The notes under the pieces: generated by a model | Database searches by the model: none | Seen by the model: the letters and a program-made list of their open reading frames with translations, nothing else | Told to the model about the DNA's origin: nothing | Translations under genes and position numbers: made by a program | Shown: positions 39,020 through 50,492 of the stretch, in pieces | Layout: every line of letters starts with the position of its first letter | Numbering within the stretch: position 1 is the stretch's first letter | DNA from: Epiperipatus broadwayi | Taxonomy: Eukaryota > Animalia > Onychophora | Assembly (NCBI GenBank): GCA_028023455.1 | Contig: JAQFVV010000004.1 | Span: 15,314,001-15,378,000 of the forward strand | Direction: 5' to 3' | Length of the DNA stretch: 64,000 nucleotides

Positions 39020-39390
39020 TTGAGTGTACTTCAGATGTCCCAGTCCATCTGTCTAAAGATCCATTTACGTCTTGTTATCCATATTGTGTATAATAAATTG
39101 TTTTTCTCTTCACTTGTAAAAATTGTAATTATAAATATGCGACTTTTTTCGCATGCGTTAGTGAAGAGTGATGCCAAAAGAAAAGTTAAAGAAGCTTTTT
39201 ACATAGCAAATGATCTCAGTACCATTAATAGAAGAGAGGTATGCTTTGCTCTCTCCAAACAATGGACTAACTAATTAAAAATTCAAACTCATTTGCATAT
39301 ATGTACAATAAATCACAACCGTCTTCATTCACAAAGCTGTGAGTATGAGATTCGAACATTAAATCTCAAAAGCGCTAAGCAGACTTATTA
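39020..39390 (+). mobile_element. Penelope-like element 3' end (GIY-YIG C-terminus plus 3' region)
   Basis: KRKVKEAFYIANDLSTINRREVCFALSKQW* matches the R..KEA..I......NR....LS..W ending typical of PLE endonucleases. Confidence 0.75.
39336..39380 (+). ncRNA. Hammerhead-like motif with non-canonical core behind the Penelope ORF
   Basis: GCT-GTGAGTA-T-GAGATT-CGAACATTA-AATCTC-AAA-AGCGCT-A-AGC. 3-bp stem I, 6-bp stem II, palindromic AGCGCT stem III. Confidence 0.5.
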
Positions 39391-39469
39391 TACATTATAA
39401 TATAATTGTAGCTTCACTAATGCATGTGAAAAAAGTCGCATGTGTATAATGTAAAGATGGATAACCCGA

Positions 39470-40050
39470 TATGAGGATAGATTCCCTTTTGTATTGTTGT
39501 CTTCAGTGATAGATGGTCTCTTATATCCACCAAAAACACTTCTGATATCATCTCTCTCACCTGTCCCAATCCTGTACAGGAATAGAAAATGTGTTGTATG
39601 GTTTCTTCATACCTTTCAGTCTACACTGGGGGTTCAGCTTCCTAAAGCTCCTCCCCCACACAAGGGTAGTCAGGCTGAAAGATTTAGCTTTACCAAGAAA
39701 TCTATATACCTTGGCTCTATGTACCAATTTATAGTTCTTTTGATTATTCCCTTGTTACTTATTCCAAGTTCCATCTGCAGGAGGCTCTGGTATGTATATT
39801 TCCTAGTAGGTTTTTTATTGGATAAGTCACTACTACAAATGCCCAATTCCCGCTGGGCATATTTCCATATTTCATCAATCCATAGGCTCTGAGAAGGCAG
39901 GGTAGTATCAGTAGGTTCTATTGGTAATTCTATGTCAATTTCTGATCTCTTTATGTAAATTGTACGAAGCATATTTACAACTTTTTGCATATAGTCTGTG
40001 GATATTGAGTGGAGGCCAAGTCATTATGAAATGCATCCTATGTATATGTA
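39470..40050 (-). mobile_element. LINE 3' fragment with zinc-knuckle remnant (L1/Tx1-like)
   Basis: Minus strand reads ...PQC (frameshift) EETIQHIFYSCTGLGQVREMI at ~39630-39550. Confidence 0.55.
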
Positions 40051-42229
40051 TATTATTTATTCACTGCAAAGCAAAGGTTTCTCTATTTATTCAAAAACAA
40101 ATATCATCTATATACATTTATATCACTTCTCTTTTTACGGAAAAAATATGAAGAACATTAAATATAAACTTAATATATTTTCAGTGCAGAAATTCTTTTC
40201 AAAGACAAATGTATGTCTTTAAAAATAATGTTCTGCACTGAAAATACATTAAGTTTATATACAATGTTCATATTTTTGCTATATAGGAAGCATTGAGAGA
40301 ATTGCATACTTTAGAGTTTTCATAGTTCATCAAAAAAGAATAGTGAAGGTAAAGAAATTCCTATAAAAATTTTGTTTTGACTGAGTTATATATGTGAGTA
40401 TATGAATACACAATTGAATTTAATAATTTATGATAACAAAATTCATATCAATTTTAGATATACATATTCTAATAAAATATTTTATAATATATAAGCTTCC
40501 AAAAAGAGTAAGGGAAAAAAAAGTCACTCAAAGATAGAAGAATTAAAATGAGAATATTTAAATATGAAGTGAATAAAATAAGTAAATTGACTATTACGAT
40601 ATGATATTAGTAAAAAGCAAAATGTTTAAAAAATAAATTTTATTCATAATACTATCTTGAAATACTTTAGTTTCTTTAAACTCTTAACTGTTTATTGATC
40701 TGCATTTTGAGAAAGAAAGGAAGCCAACATTGTATAGTATGTGACAGCTTATCTTGGTCATCCATTCTCAGCCATACTGGCAGAGGGACAAACTAGGACT
40801 AGCAAATTGAAATTGACTCCAATTACCACAGCAACTAAACCGTAATCATCCCAGAAACCACAAACAAATCTTTAAGATTAACATATGTAGCCCAGGGAAA
40901 TATGAAACAGCAGCAGAAGTCATCATTGACCAAATAAATATCTTTATCTATAAAAACTGAAAAACAAATAATGAATAAGGCTTTTGTTTAATCTTTTCCA
41001 ACATAATAAAATTATGAGATTTAATAGAAAAAAAAAGTTAAAAACCAGGATAAACAATAATGAAATGAATTTTTTCTCCGTTTTTAAAAAATCAATTTTA
41101 TATATATGTAAGATATTAAAATTAAATAACTTTAGTAAATTAAAAACACAATAAAATAATCTATGTGAAGTTAATGAGAAAAATCATAACTTAAAAAAAA
41201 TAATGCATCGACATCTATATATATTGTGGTATTAGTACATTAGCTATCAGACATGCTTGAGGGCACTGCTCTCACCCAAGCAAACATCAATACACCGTTT
41301 CTGTGGCTAGATATGTCGAAAAGCAGGTTTAATGACTTCTAAATATTTCTTGTGAATAGTCAATATAATTATGTTTATAAAAAAAGAAAGAAGGAAATAT
41401 ATATATATATGCTTTTATTGAGAATTACCAGAAATGTTGCCCTTTATATTAGTGGAATGGCCCTGTTTTAGAGCTCAATTTCCATGAATTGTGGCTCCAG
41501 CCATATTATTTCCATTGTTCATTCTTATGAACTTCAGAGCAAGAAGACATTTATTTTTTTTTATTAGTGAAAATTGTTAAGTTATATAATTATTAAAATA
41601 TTTATATTTCATGTCTGTATATTAAATTCTTTTTTTAAAATCAAACAAACTATATCTGAGGTCTGTTGATTATTCGAGAATATAGAAAATTCTAAGTACA
41701 TATAATTTTAAAGGAACATCATGTAGAGTAGATTAATAATACATACATATTAACATAGATAAAATCATAAATAAGAAAACCAAAGAAATTCATATTTTGA
41801 GTACATATATTTTAGAAATTATTAGAATTGTATTTTGAACAGCCCTGAGCAATGTAGCTAAATTGTAGAGTGATGAACTCAATTTGTCATTTCTGGTATT
41901 CAAAAATCACATGACATCCTAAGCAACTAATCATTAGTTATTACTTGTTTTTATATTTTAGACACAATTAAGGTATTTATATTTACTGTATCTGATCTTA
42001 ACTACTTTTTGGTTTAGTTTTTGTTTATTTTTTTAAATTATGCTCTATATTTGTGAATTTACTGTGTTTAAAATGTTTACATTTAAACAAGTAATTATTA
42101 TCAGGATGCCCACAAATAGATTTGTGAAAGTAAATTGATTTTTTAAATTAACTTATTGATAAGTAATATAAAATAAAAGATGAAAAATGTAATAATTAAA
42201 TAGTTATTAGTGATTCTAAGATTAATGAT

Positions 42230-44040
42230 AGTCATCATCTTTATTTTCAACCATTATTGATTTACTGCAGGATAAACATCTATTTTAATCCAGTTATTCT
42301 GATTTATAGCTTTTCCATACCACACCAGCTAAGATTCTTATTTTATCCATCCATTATAAATGTGGTCTCGTATTAGATTATTTACAATTTCTTGGGATTC
42401 TGTTTAAGACTTCAATTGTTCATCTATTATTATCTCTTCTTAAAATATATCTATCCCAATTCTATTTTAATCTTTTAATTTTTTCAATGATGTCAATGAA
42501 ATAATGCTTTTGATCTTTTTTTGTTACACATCTCAACATGCTTCAGTTAGTAATCTGAAATTTTATATTGATCTTCTGTTATGTGTTCAAATTTTAAATC
42601 TTTTATGTAAAAACTAATAATGGTCATCTATTAAAACTTTTTATTTTCAAACACATAAATATATTTCTTTTTTGAATTAAGTTATTTCTACTAAAAGCAC
42701 TTCATCCATGTTTAATTCTGTGATTAATTTTTGTCCATTATGCTTCTATCTGTATTAATAATCTGATCACAATATTTGTAATTATTAATTTCTAATTCAT
42801 AATTATCAATCTTTTTTTTTCTTCTAATAAAATCGAACATTTATTTAGTCTTTTTAGTTCTCATCCTTAACACTACTTTCTTACTTTTATAAGATAATTA
42901 TTTTGACATATCATGAAACTCTGAAGCATTATTTGCACAAAACAAACATCATCTTCAATATCTAAATGTCTTAAGTCATCTCCATATATTTTAATTTCCT
43001 TAACTTCTTATTTTAATCCATGAAATATTTTTTGTAAAACTGCTGTAAAATGTTTTGGACAAATGGAATCACTTTGATTTAAACTTTTATCAATGTTGAT
43101 ATACTTAATATTTCAATACAATCGAATTAGTATTGTTGCCTTTTGATAAATATTCTTTGTAATATGATAATATCCCAGTTCTATATTTTGATGATCTGAA
43201 GCTTTAATCATGGTTAGAAAGGTTTTTTATGATCTCCAATTTCAAAGCATAATGACAACTCATATTCATTGGTCCTTTCTATAATGTCATCCAATATTTG
43301 ATTGTGATTCACTGTGTTAAAATCACTTATATTCAGCTTGTTCTTTTGCTTGGTATAAGTCTAAAAACTTGCTATAGTTTAATTATAATTATCTTGATAA
43401 TGATTTTGCAAAGAATTGGTAGAAGATTGATAAGTCTATAATTTCAATTATCTTCTTTATCAACTTTTTAAAATAACTATCACTATTGCATTATTTCATT
43501 TCACATCTTTACCGATAATTTTTCTACCTTTTGACCTGCTTTTTTGAAGATATCAATAACAATTTCATCTTTTCTTGGAGATATTTTTCTTCTTCTTAAA
43601 TTTATTTTTATGTATCAACTCTTCATTTAAAATTGTTAGTAATTCAGAGGATATTATAAATTCAGAAGATGTTATAACTACAATAGATATTTTGTTTTCT
43701 TTTTTTTTTTAATTCTTTGTAGAACTCTTTCGCTCATTTTATGACATTCCTCTTTTCAATAATACTTCCTTTGTTTTATTTTATTGCTGAAATCTCATTC
43801 TTTTCATTGTTTTGTTTTATTTTTTTGAGCCTTGGTAATCTTCAAAGCTTTTCTCGCTTTCACAGTTATATTTTCTTATATTATTACTAACTTTTTTTTA
43901 TTTAATTAGTAACTCCAGATATTCACTTTTTCTTAATGGTATTATTTTTGAATATCTTCATATCTCTTTCTTTCTCTATACATTGTCTACTATCAATTGA
44001 TAACCTTGTGACCCAAAGAATTCTACTAATCTTACCTATC
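42230..44040 (-). mobile_element. Old degenerate RTE-clade LINE (RT region to 3' tail)
   Basis: 42248-42480 is a diverged reverse complement of the RTE 3' end at 35420-35673. Decayed RT motifs (...FLDLYQAKEQAEY..., IIERTNEYELSLCF) lie at ~43240-43500. Confidence 0.75.
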
Positions 44041-46703
44041 AGTAAAACAATAAACAAAGGCAATTTTTTTAATGAAAATTTTTTTAAAAAATATTTATAA
44101 ATAACAATCTTTCTGTCCTAATTAAATGATCTAGCAATAATTTGTATAGAAAAGGCTGTATCTAAAATTACAAAGAAGCTATTAAGTTTAACTAAAGACC
44201 AAAGAGTTAATTACTATAGTGGATTTTTTATTTTATTCATTTTAATTATACTTTAATTTGTATTTATTTTATTTTTCTACATATTTTGTCTATTGTTATC
44301 AATTATTTTCTATAGTAGACCATTTAAAATAAGTAGAAACACAATCTTTTGTAATCATTAGCCCTCTTTAGACAAAAGTCTCTCAAACTCCCTCATCAAC
44401 AAATAATGAAGGTGAACGTGATATTTACCAGACTTGACTGTTTTTGGTTAGTGAGGATTTGAGAATTTTTTTCATTTTTGTAGCTATATACCCATTTTGT
44501 GATTACTGTTAAATGGGTTAAAAATTTGAACCTCAAGTCATAGGCAGAATATATAAATGCGCTACTTCTCTGCCATGAGACTCTTGTAAATAATATTTAA
44601 AGTTGCAATTTTAAGGCTTATCTTGGTGGACAAAATACAATTGACCTAATCCTTACAATTGTAGTTATACAGTTTTTTGTAGACAAAAAATGACCATAAA
44701 CTTAGCAGATGTACCTACAATGTTTTGTTTTTTTAAAGAAAAACATTTTGTTTATTGATAATATTAAATTATAATTGCAAGTTGAAAATGATAGAGTAAT
44801 TTAATTTTTTTTAAAATGATATTATTGCCTTCATATTTTTGTTTAAATAATATTTATATCTTGCTGTTATTTGGTTCCTTCATAGCTATGCATCTTTTAA
44901 TTAAAATCTATATCTTGACATACTTTTGAGCTTAGAAATAAAAGGATAACTTATATCATATTTTTGTTGGTATTGTATCTAAAATAAATCTTATATATAT
45001 ATATTTAATGCTGTTTCTCTGAATCAGCAAACATTTCTTATTGATAAACTTACTTTTATGAAAGTTCTGCATTTGTTATTTTGTTATATATAAATTATTT
45101 TTTAAACCATTTAAATTTTACGGAATTATTGTTTGTTGACTAAATAAATAATCTCCATACTTGTATTTAATCATCATGATTACACTTGAAAACCACAGAT
45201 ATATTGTTCACGCTAGTATTCTAAAATCTTGTTGCCTTATATTTTTACATTCATTTTTTTATAATAACATTTTACCCAAGCATTATAATCCTCAATGTAT
45301 TGATTTATCTACAGTCATTGACAAATTATGATATTGGACACATTTTTCCATATGGATAATTTTTTAAAAAAAAATTGAAACTATTATCTTTGCCTTTATC
45401 CCCTTTTTTTTTCATCTGAGCACAGACTTTGAGTCAGGCATGAGCATGACACTTTGGAGCTGTAGTTTACTTTGAGAACTTCTAAACATATTAAGCTGCA
45501 TTTTCATCATGTGACTAGAATAAAATAATATAATGCAAAGTATAGCTGTTTCCACAGCTTCTATGTTTAGTATTTAAATGGAATAATAATACATAAGTTA
45601 TCAGCAACAATATTGCAAAAAAAGTACCATTTTTTGATCAGTTATGCTACTGAATAATCAACTTATAGTATTTTATTTCAAATATATTTTTCAGATGATA
45701 AATTAAATAGTATTATTAATTATTAAGCATACATTCTGATATATATATAACAGATCCAAGACATGTCAAAATACAAAAACAAGTAACAAAATTGATTAAT
45801 TACAAATAATAATTATTTGTAAATAATAATTATTTTTGTGAAATTTGTTCCTGACATGCTTATTATATATTTAAATGCATTTCTAATTTGAATAATTACA
45901 TATAATATTAGTTATATAAGATATTTAAGCTTACAGTTTCTGGCATTCTATCTATAATACATATGTATTTATGTATTTTTCAGTATATACATATATATTT
46001 ATTTCTCTTGAATAGAATCGTGAATTTTTGATTAAATTAATAAACATCATTGCATTAACATATGAGAAGGAGAGATAAGATTGATTTAATCTCTATGGTG
46101 ACATGATGTCATATTCTTGGCTAAAATGTAAATTTGTGAGATAGTTTTCTTTATGCATTGGCATAACTGCTTAACTATTTATTTATTTTCATGCTTATGT
46201 GTGGTTTGATTGATTAATAAACTTCATTTACAAATATTATTAACATTGACAGTAATTGTAATTTGTGTGTCCAAGTAAAAATTGACTGGTATTTTTTCCA
46301 AATTGTCTGAAATGTCACCTCTGAATCAATGCATGTATAGTGTAATAACATGCTTTAGCTATTCACCATAAAAATTGTAAGATATATATATAAATGATAA
46401 TAAAAAAAATATTTTAAGAATTCTTTAAAATATTATATTGGATAATTTTTACTATTGTTCCAAGTAATTTATAAAGCACTATAGAAGAGTCAGCTTTTTT
46501 TTCTCAATTATAGTAAGTCAACACTTTTTCGAATATAAATAATGTGAGGCTAGCATTTTCATTTATATTTATTGATTTATTGCTTAAATTGAGTGAAGTT
46601 CAATAAAGCAAAAAACCCATAGTCTCTCTCTCTCTATATATATATATCCCTCCTGGTTAATATATATATATAACACTGATTGTATATATGAGTGAGAGTT
46701 GGT

Positions 46704-46758
46704 GATCTGCACCAACTGATGAGTGCTGTTTCAGCATGAAATACATACATTAGAGATC
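46704..46758 (+). ncRNA. Minimal type I hammerhead motif, U16.1 changed to C
   Basis: GATCTGCACCAA-CTGATGA-GTGCTG-TTT-CAGCAT-GAAA-TACATAC-A-TTAGAGATC. Confidence 0.65.
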
Positions 46759-47186
46759 ATTTATTTTTTTCACATGTATGTGGTCATGTGTATCTATTGT
46801 ATGATGGAATGGATAGCTGTAGGGAGCTTAAAAGTCTGAGTTCATGTTTCTTCTAAATGCATTAAGTTTAGTATAGACATTATACATGTATTTAAATATT
46901 ACATATTCAGCCTGTATTTTTCCCATCCCTCTTCTGTATATTTAAATAGGCATGTTAAGATGTTGTATGTAAAAGGTCAGAAGGACATAAAGCCAGCATG
47001 AATATGGCAATAATATTGGCATCAACAAGATCTTTGAGTGTTTTCATCTTCAGATTTTCAATGATATGGATGGCTGAAGAGCTGGAAGGTGGAGAAGTTT
47101 GAAGCTTATCCATTAAAGTTTGAAGATTTGCTATCTTAATATAAATTGAACACTGATTGTATATATATATACATGTGGAAGATGGC

Positions 47187-47240
47187 GATCTGGATCAACT
47201 GATGAGTACTGGTTCAGCATGAAATATGTATATTGGAGAT
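47187..47240 (+). ncRNA. Minimal type I hammerhead motif with complete catalytic core
   Basis: GATCTGGATCAA-CTGATGA(47199-205)-GTACTG-GTT-CAGCAT-GAAA(47221-24)-TATGTAT-A(47232)-TTGGAGAT. Predicted cleavage is after AUA at 47232. Confidence 0.75.
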
Positions 47241-50200
47241 TATTTATCTTTTTCACATGTATGTGGCCATGTGTATCTACTGTATACGGTGGAGTGGATA
47301 GTTGTAGGGAGCTTGAAAATCTATCTTCAAGTCTCTTCTAATTACATTAAGTTTAGTATAGACATTATACATGTATTTAAATATTATATATATAAAGAAT
47401 AAGTAGATAATAGATAAATAAAAGATAGAGAAAAAAATAATATTTTTTTAATATTGTAGAAAAGTTAGAATTTTTTTACTTGTTGCAAGTTGACATTTTT
47501 TACAAGATAAATAATTGGAGCCTATTTGTTTATCTTTTTGTTGTCATATTTACATTAGTATTTTAATTAATTAACAGAGGTTAATATCTTTAAAATTAGA
47601 CAAATACCCATGGCCTTTTAAAATTCTTTTTCATGTGTTAATTAAATATATTTAAAACTTATTTTATCATGTGAGAATATTCTTAAAGGAAAATGGTAAA
47701 AGTTTATCAAATACAGTAGCAATTCTCTTGCTGTACTTATGGCATTTTAAAATTTACTTTAATATGTGTTAAATTATATTTAAGCTAATATCATAAAAGT
47801 TTGTCAAATTTATTAATATAACTGATCTAAATTGACATTAAATATATTTACAAAATTAAATTTTATCTTTACCAAAAATTGTACTTTTTGTTTAAAAGTT
47901 TTTCCAACTCTAAAATCTTTTAATCAGTGCTGCCCTCTTTTTGGTTTTTTATAATGTCATTTGAAAACAATTATGGCATAGATTTTCCGTGCATTTTTAC
48001 ATTGCAAATTACTTTTTTTTTTAAATAATTAAAACAAAAAATTATATGCTAGGAAAATTATGTACAAAAAAAAAAAAAATCATTCAAGAGTCAAGATTGG
48101 TGCAATTTTTATTGAGTTATAAAGTCACAAACAAACAAATTTTTACATGTATATAGTAGTATAAATGTTTAGTAGTTTTATTCATGAATCTCATTTATTA
48201 TATTTTATTTCTATTATTATTTTCTCCCTGTTACTGTATAATATTTATTTATTAAATAAAAGATTGGAGGAATGATGAACCCGAATTTGTGCAATATTTT
48301 GTCAACATGCATGAAAGTGTTCAAAAAAATAAAAGCTTTCTTTTATTGATGTAGCATAAGTGAGTGTTCTGTCATACTTGGAATTAAAGTATATTGATAA
48401 CAGAAAAGAATTTATGAAATCTTGAATTATGATTTTGGAAATATTTCACTTATATTTTATTACTTATAAAATTAAATAAATTTGATATGTAATCTATAAA
48501 TATCTAATCACAAAACTTAATATTAAACCAATTTTTTAAATTATATTCTTAATTTCTATGATGTTATATATATATAGGTTCTGCTTGTAGAACTTTATAT
48601 TAGGTATTTTTGCTAATATCTTTAAGAAAAAAAAATGTACACAGGTTATTTTCTGATTTATAAATTCTCTTTGCATAATAAAAGTAGTGGTATTGATTAT
48701 CAACATAAATCCTCACTTGTGATGCTAATGAAATCAAATACTCTAAAACTTTATCATTATTCCTCACAAAGATTATGCTTTATATACTAGAGTTGGAACA
48801 GGCAACTCCTCTCTTCTAAATGCTACAATAATAGATGCTGACAAGGCAAATGCATTTTTAGGGTGCATTACCTGGAAATAATTAGGTCACGATAGAACCA
48901 CAAATTTAGTTTATTATTGCTTTCATGTAGATGTAATAAAAACAACAATTTCTTTTGCCTTGCTTTACTGCGCTACTGCAATCTATACTTGTTTGAAAAC
49001 TTTTCTATAGCTTTTTCTAACATCCTGTCTAAAATGCTATAATAAAAACATTTTTTTAATGCTTACATTAATCAAGCCAAATTCTCAGAATATTTTAAAA
49101 ACACATTAAAAGCTTTTAGCCTAGTGTTAATTGTAATTATTATTTGTTTATTTAAAAAATAACTTTATTTGTAGTTTATTTTGAAAACAACTTTAATTAT
49201 ATTCCTTAGCAAATGTTTTCAGGATCAATTTGACTGAAATAATATATGTAGTAGAGCTACAATATATAAATATCCATGTAATTTACAGTAAACTTTATCT
49301 ACTAAATTTCTAACAATTAATATATTAACACAGTGAAGTCATTACCTACTTTACAGTTTGGATTAGTCAAATTTAAAGCTACAATTTGAAGCCCTTTATA
49401 TTTATAAGAACCTCTTTTTCCTTTGCTTTCAGTTAAAAGGGTTGATTTTTTAAATTTAAATTTCCTTGCAAAAGTGTGTTACAGTATTTGATTTTTAATA
49501 CTTTGCATTTCATTTCATTTTCTTGAAATATAGGACTATTTAAACTTTACCAAACTATATATGTTTGGGTATACATATTCTGTATTAATTAAATAACCAT
49601 TTTTTTTCTATATCTTTTTATTTATTAATTAATTTTATCGGCTATGTGAAAGCATAATGATATATTTGCTTAAATTTCACTTAATTTTCTAATTTTTTAT
49701 TATTTTTCTAAGTAAGTCAACTTATGCTTATCTGCCTATTTTATGACCTGAGTCATAATTGTCACTATATATATCATGGAATTGTTGGAAGGTTAGCCTT
49801 TCAAAATGTTAGTTGACAAAAACTATGAGGATAGTTGAAAGTACTCCTAAGTGGATAAATTTTTTAGTTATACTTTATGTATATCTGATTACTATATTTG
49901 TAAATATTCAATTATAAGATTATGTATATTGATTTGAAGAAATACAGATATTGAATTATAATATTATTACATATATTTATATATTAAAATATACTTATGT
50001 ATATGTAGTGCAGGGGAATATAATAAGAAACATGTTCCTCTAAAAGTACTGTTTATGTATGCAAAACATTCAGCCACAGGTTGTACAATTTGTATTATGG
50101 ACTTTAATATTTTTATTTGACTAATATTGATCACCTCACTATAAATATTATATATTCCAAATGAGTCTGCCATATAATTTTAAAATAATGAAATTATCAT

Positions 50201-50254
50201 TATAATATATTTTAGGTTTTTTTGTATTAATCTCTTTTTTTTTTCCTTTTTTAG

Positions 50255-50492
50255 TGTAATGTTAGATATGCTGTCCATCCAAGGGAATAGAGGCATTGTT
50301 TGGGAAAACAAAACAGAAAAAGGATTTTGGAGAGGCCGTGATAGTTCTGAAGAAAGGCTAGCCCTAGTTAAATTATCTCGAAAACATCCAGAACTAATTG
50401 ATGCAGCTTTAACTAATTTTTTTTTCTTTCGAGATAAAATAGAGGAATATGGTCCAAAGGTTCCACATATATCTTTTTTTGATTTTTTTAAG
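50255..50492 (+). CDS. KDELC1: Internal coding exon of a KDEL motif-containing protein O-glucosyltransferase (KDELC1/POGLUT2-3 family, CAP10/GT90 domain)
   Basis: Polypyrimidine tract and AG at 50253-50254, GTATGT donor at 50493. Translation (x)[79 protein letters not shown] closely matches the human KDELC1 segment as recalled (VSLDMMSVQAN...[34 protein letters not shown]...HISFFDFFK). Orthology to POGLUT2 versus POGLUT3 is not resolved. Confidence 0.93.

Larger units (their letters stand above)
46672..47390 (+). mobile_element. Tandem dimer of the HHR-bearing repeat (two ~235-bp direct repeats around a ~245-bp spacer)
   Basis: AACACTGATTGTATATAT occurs at 46672 and 47150. CATTAAGTTTAGTATAGACATTATACATGTATTTAAATATTA closes both copies. 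Confidence 0.88.

Noticed and set aside
35367-39892. ORFs 35367-35648(-), 35503-35724(-), 39494-39892(+), plus 23243-23551(-) and 12651-12848(+) elsewhere
   Set aside because: They are antisense or alternate-frame shadows of retroelement coding sequence.
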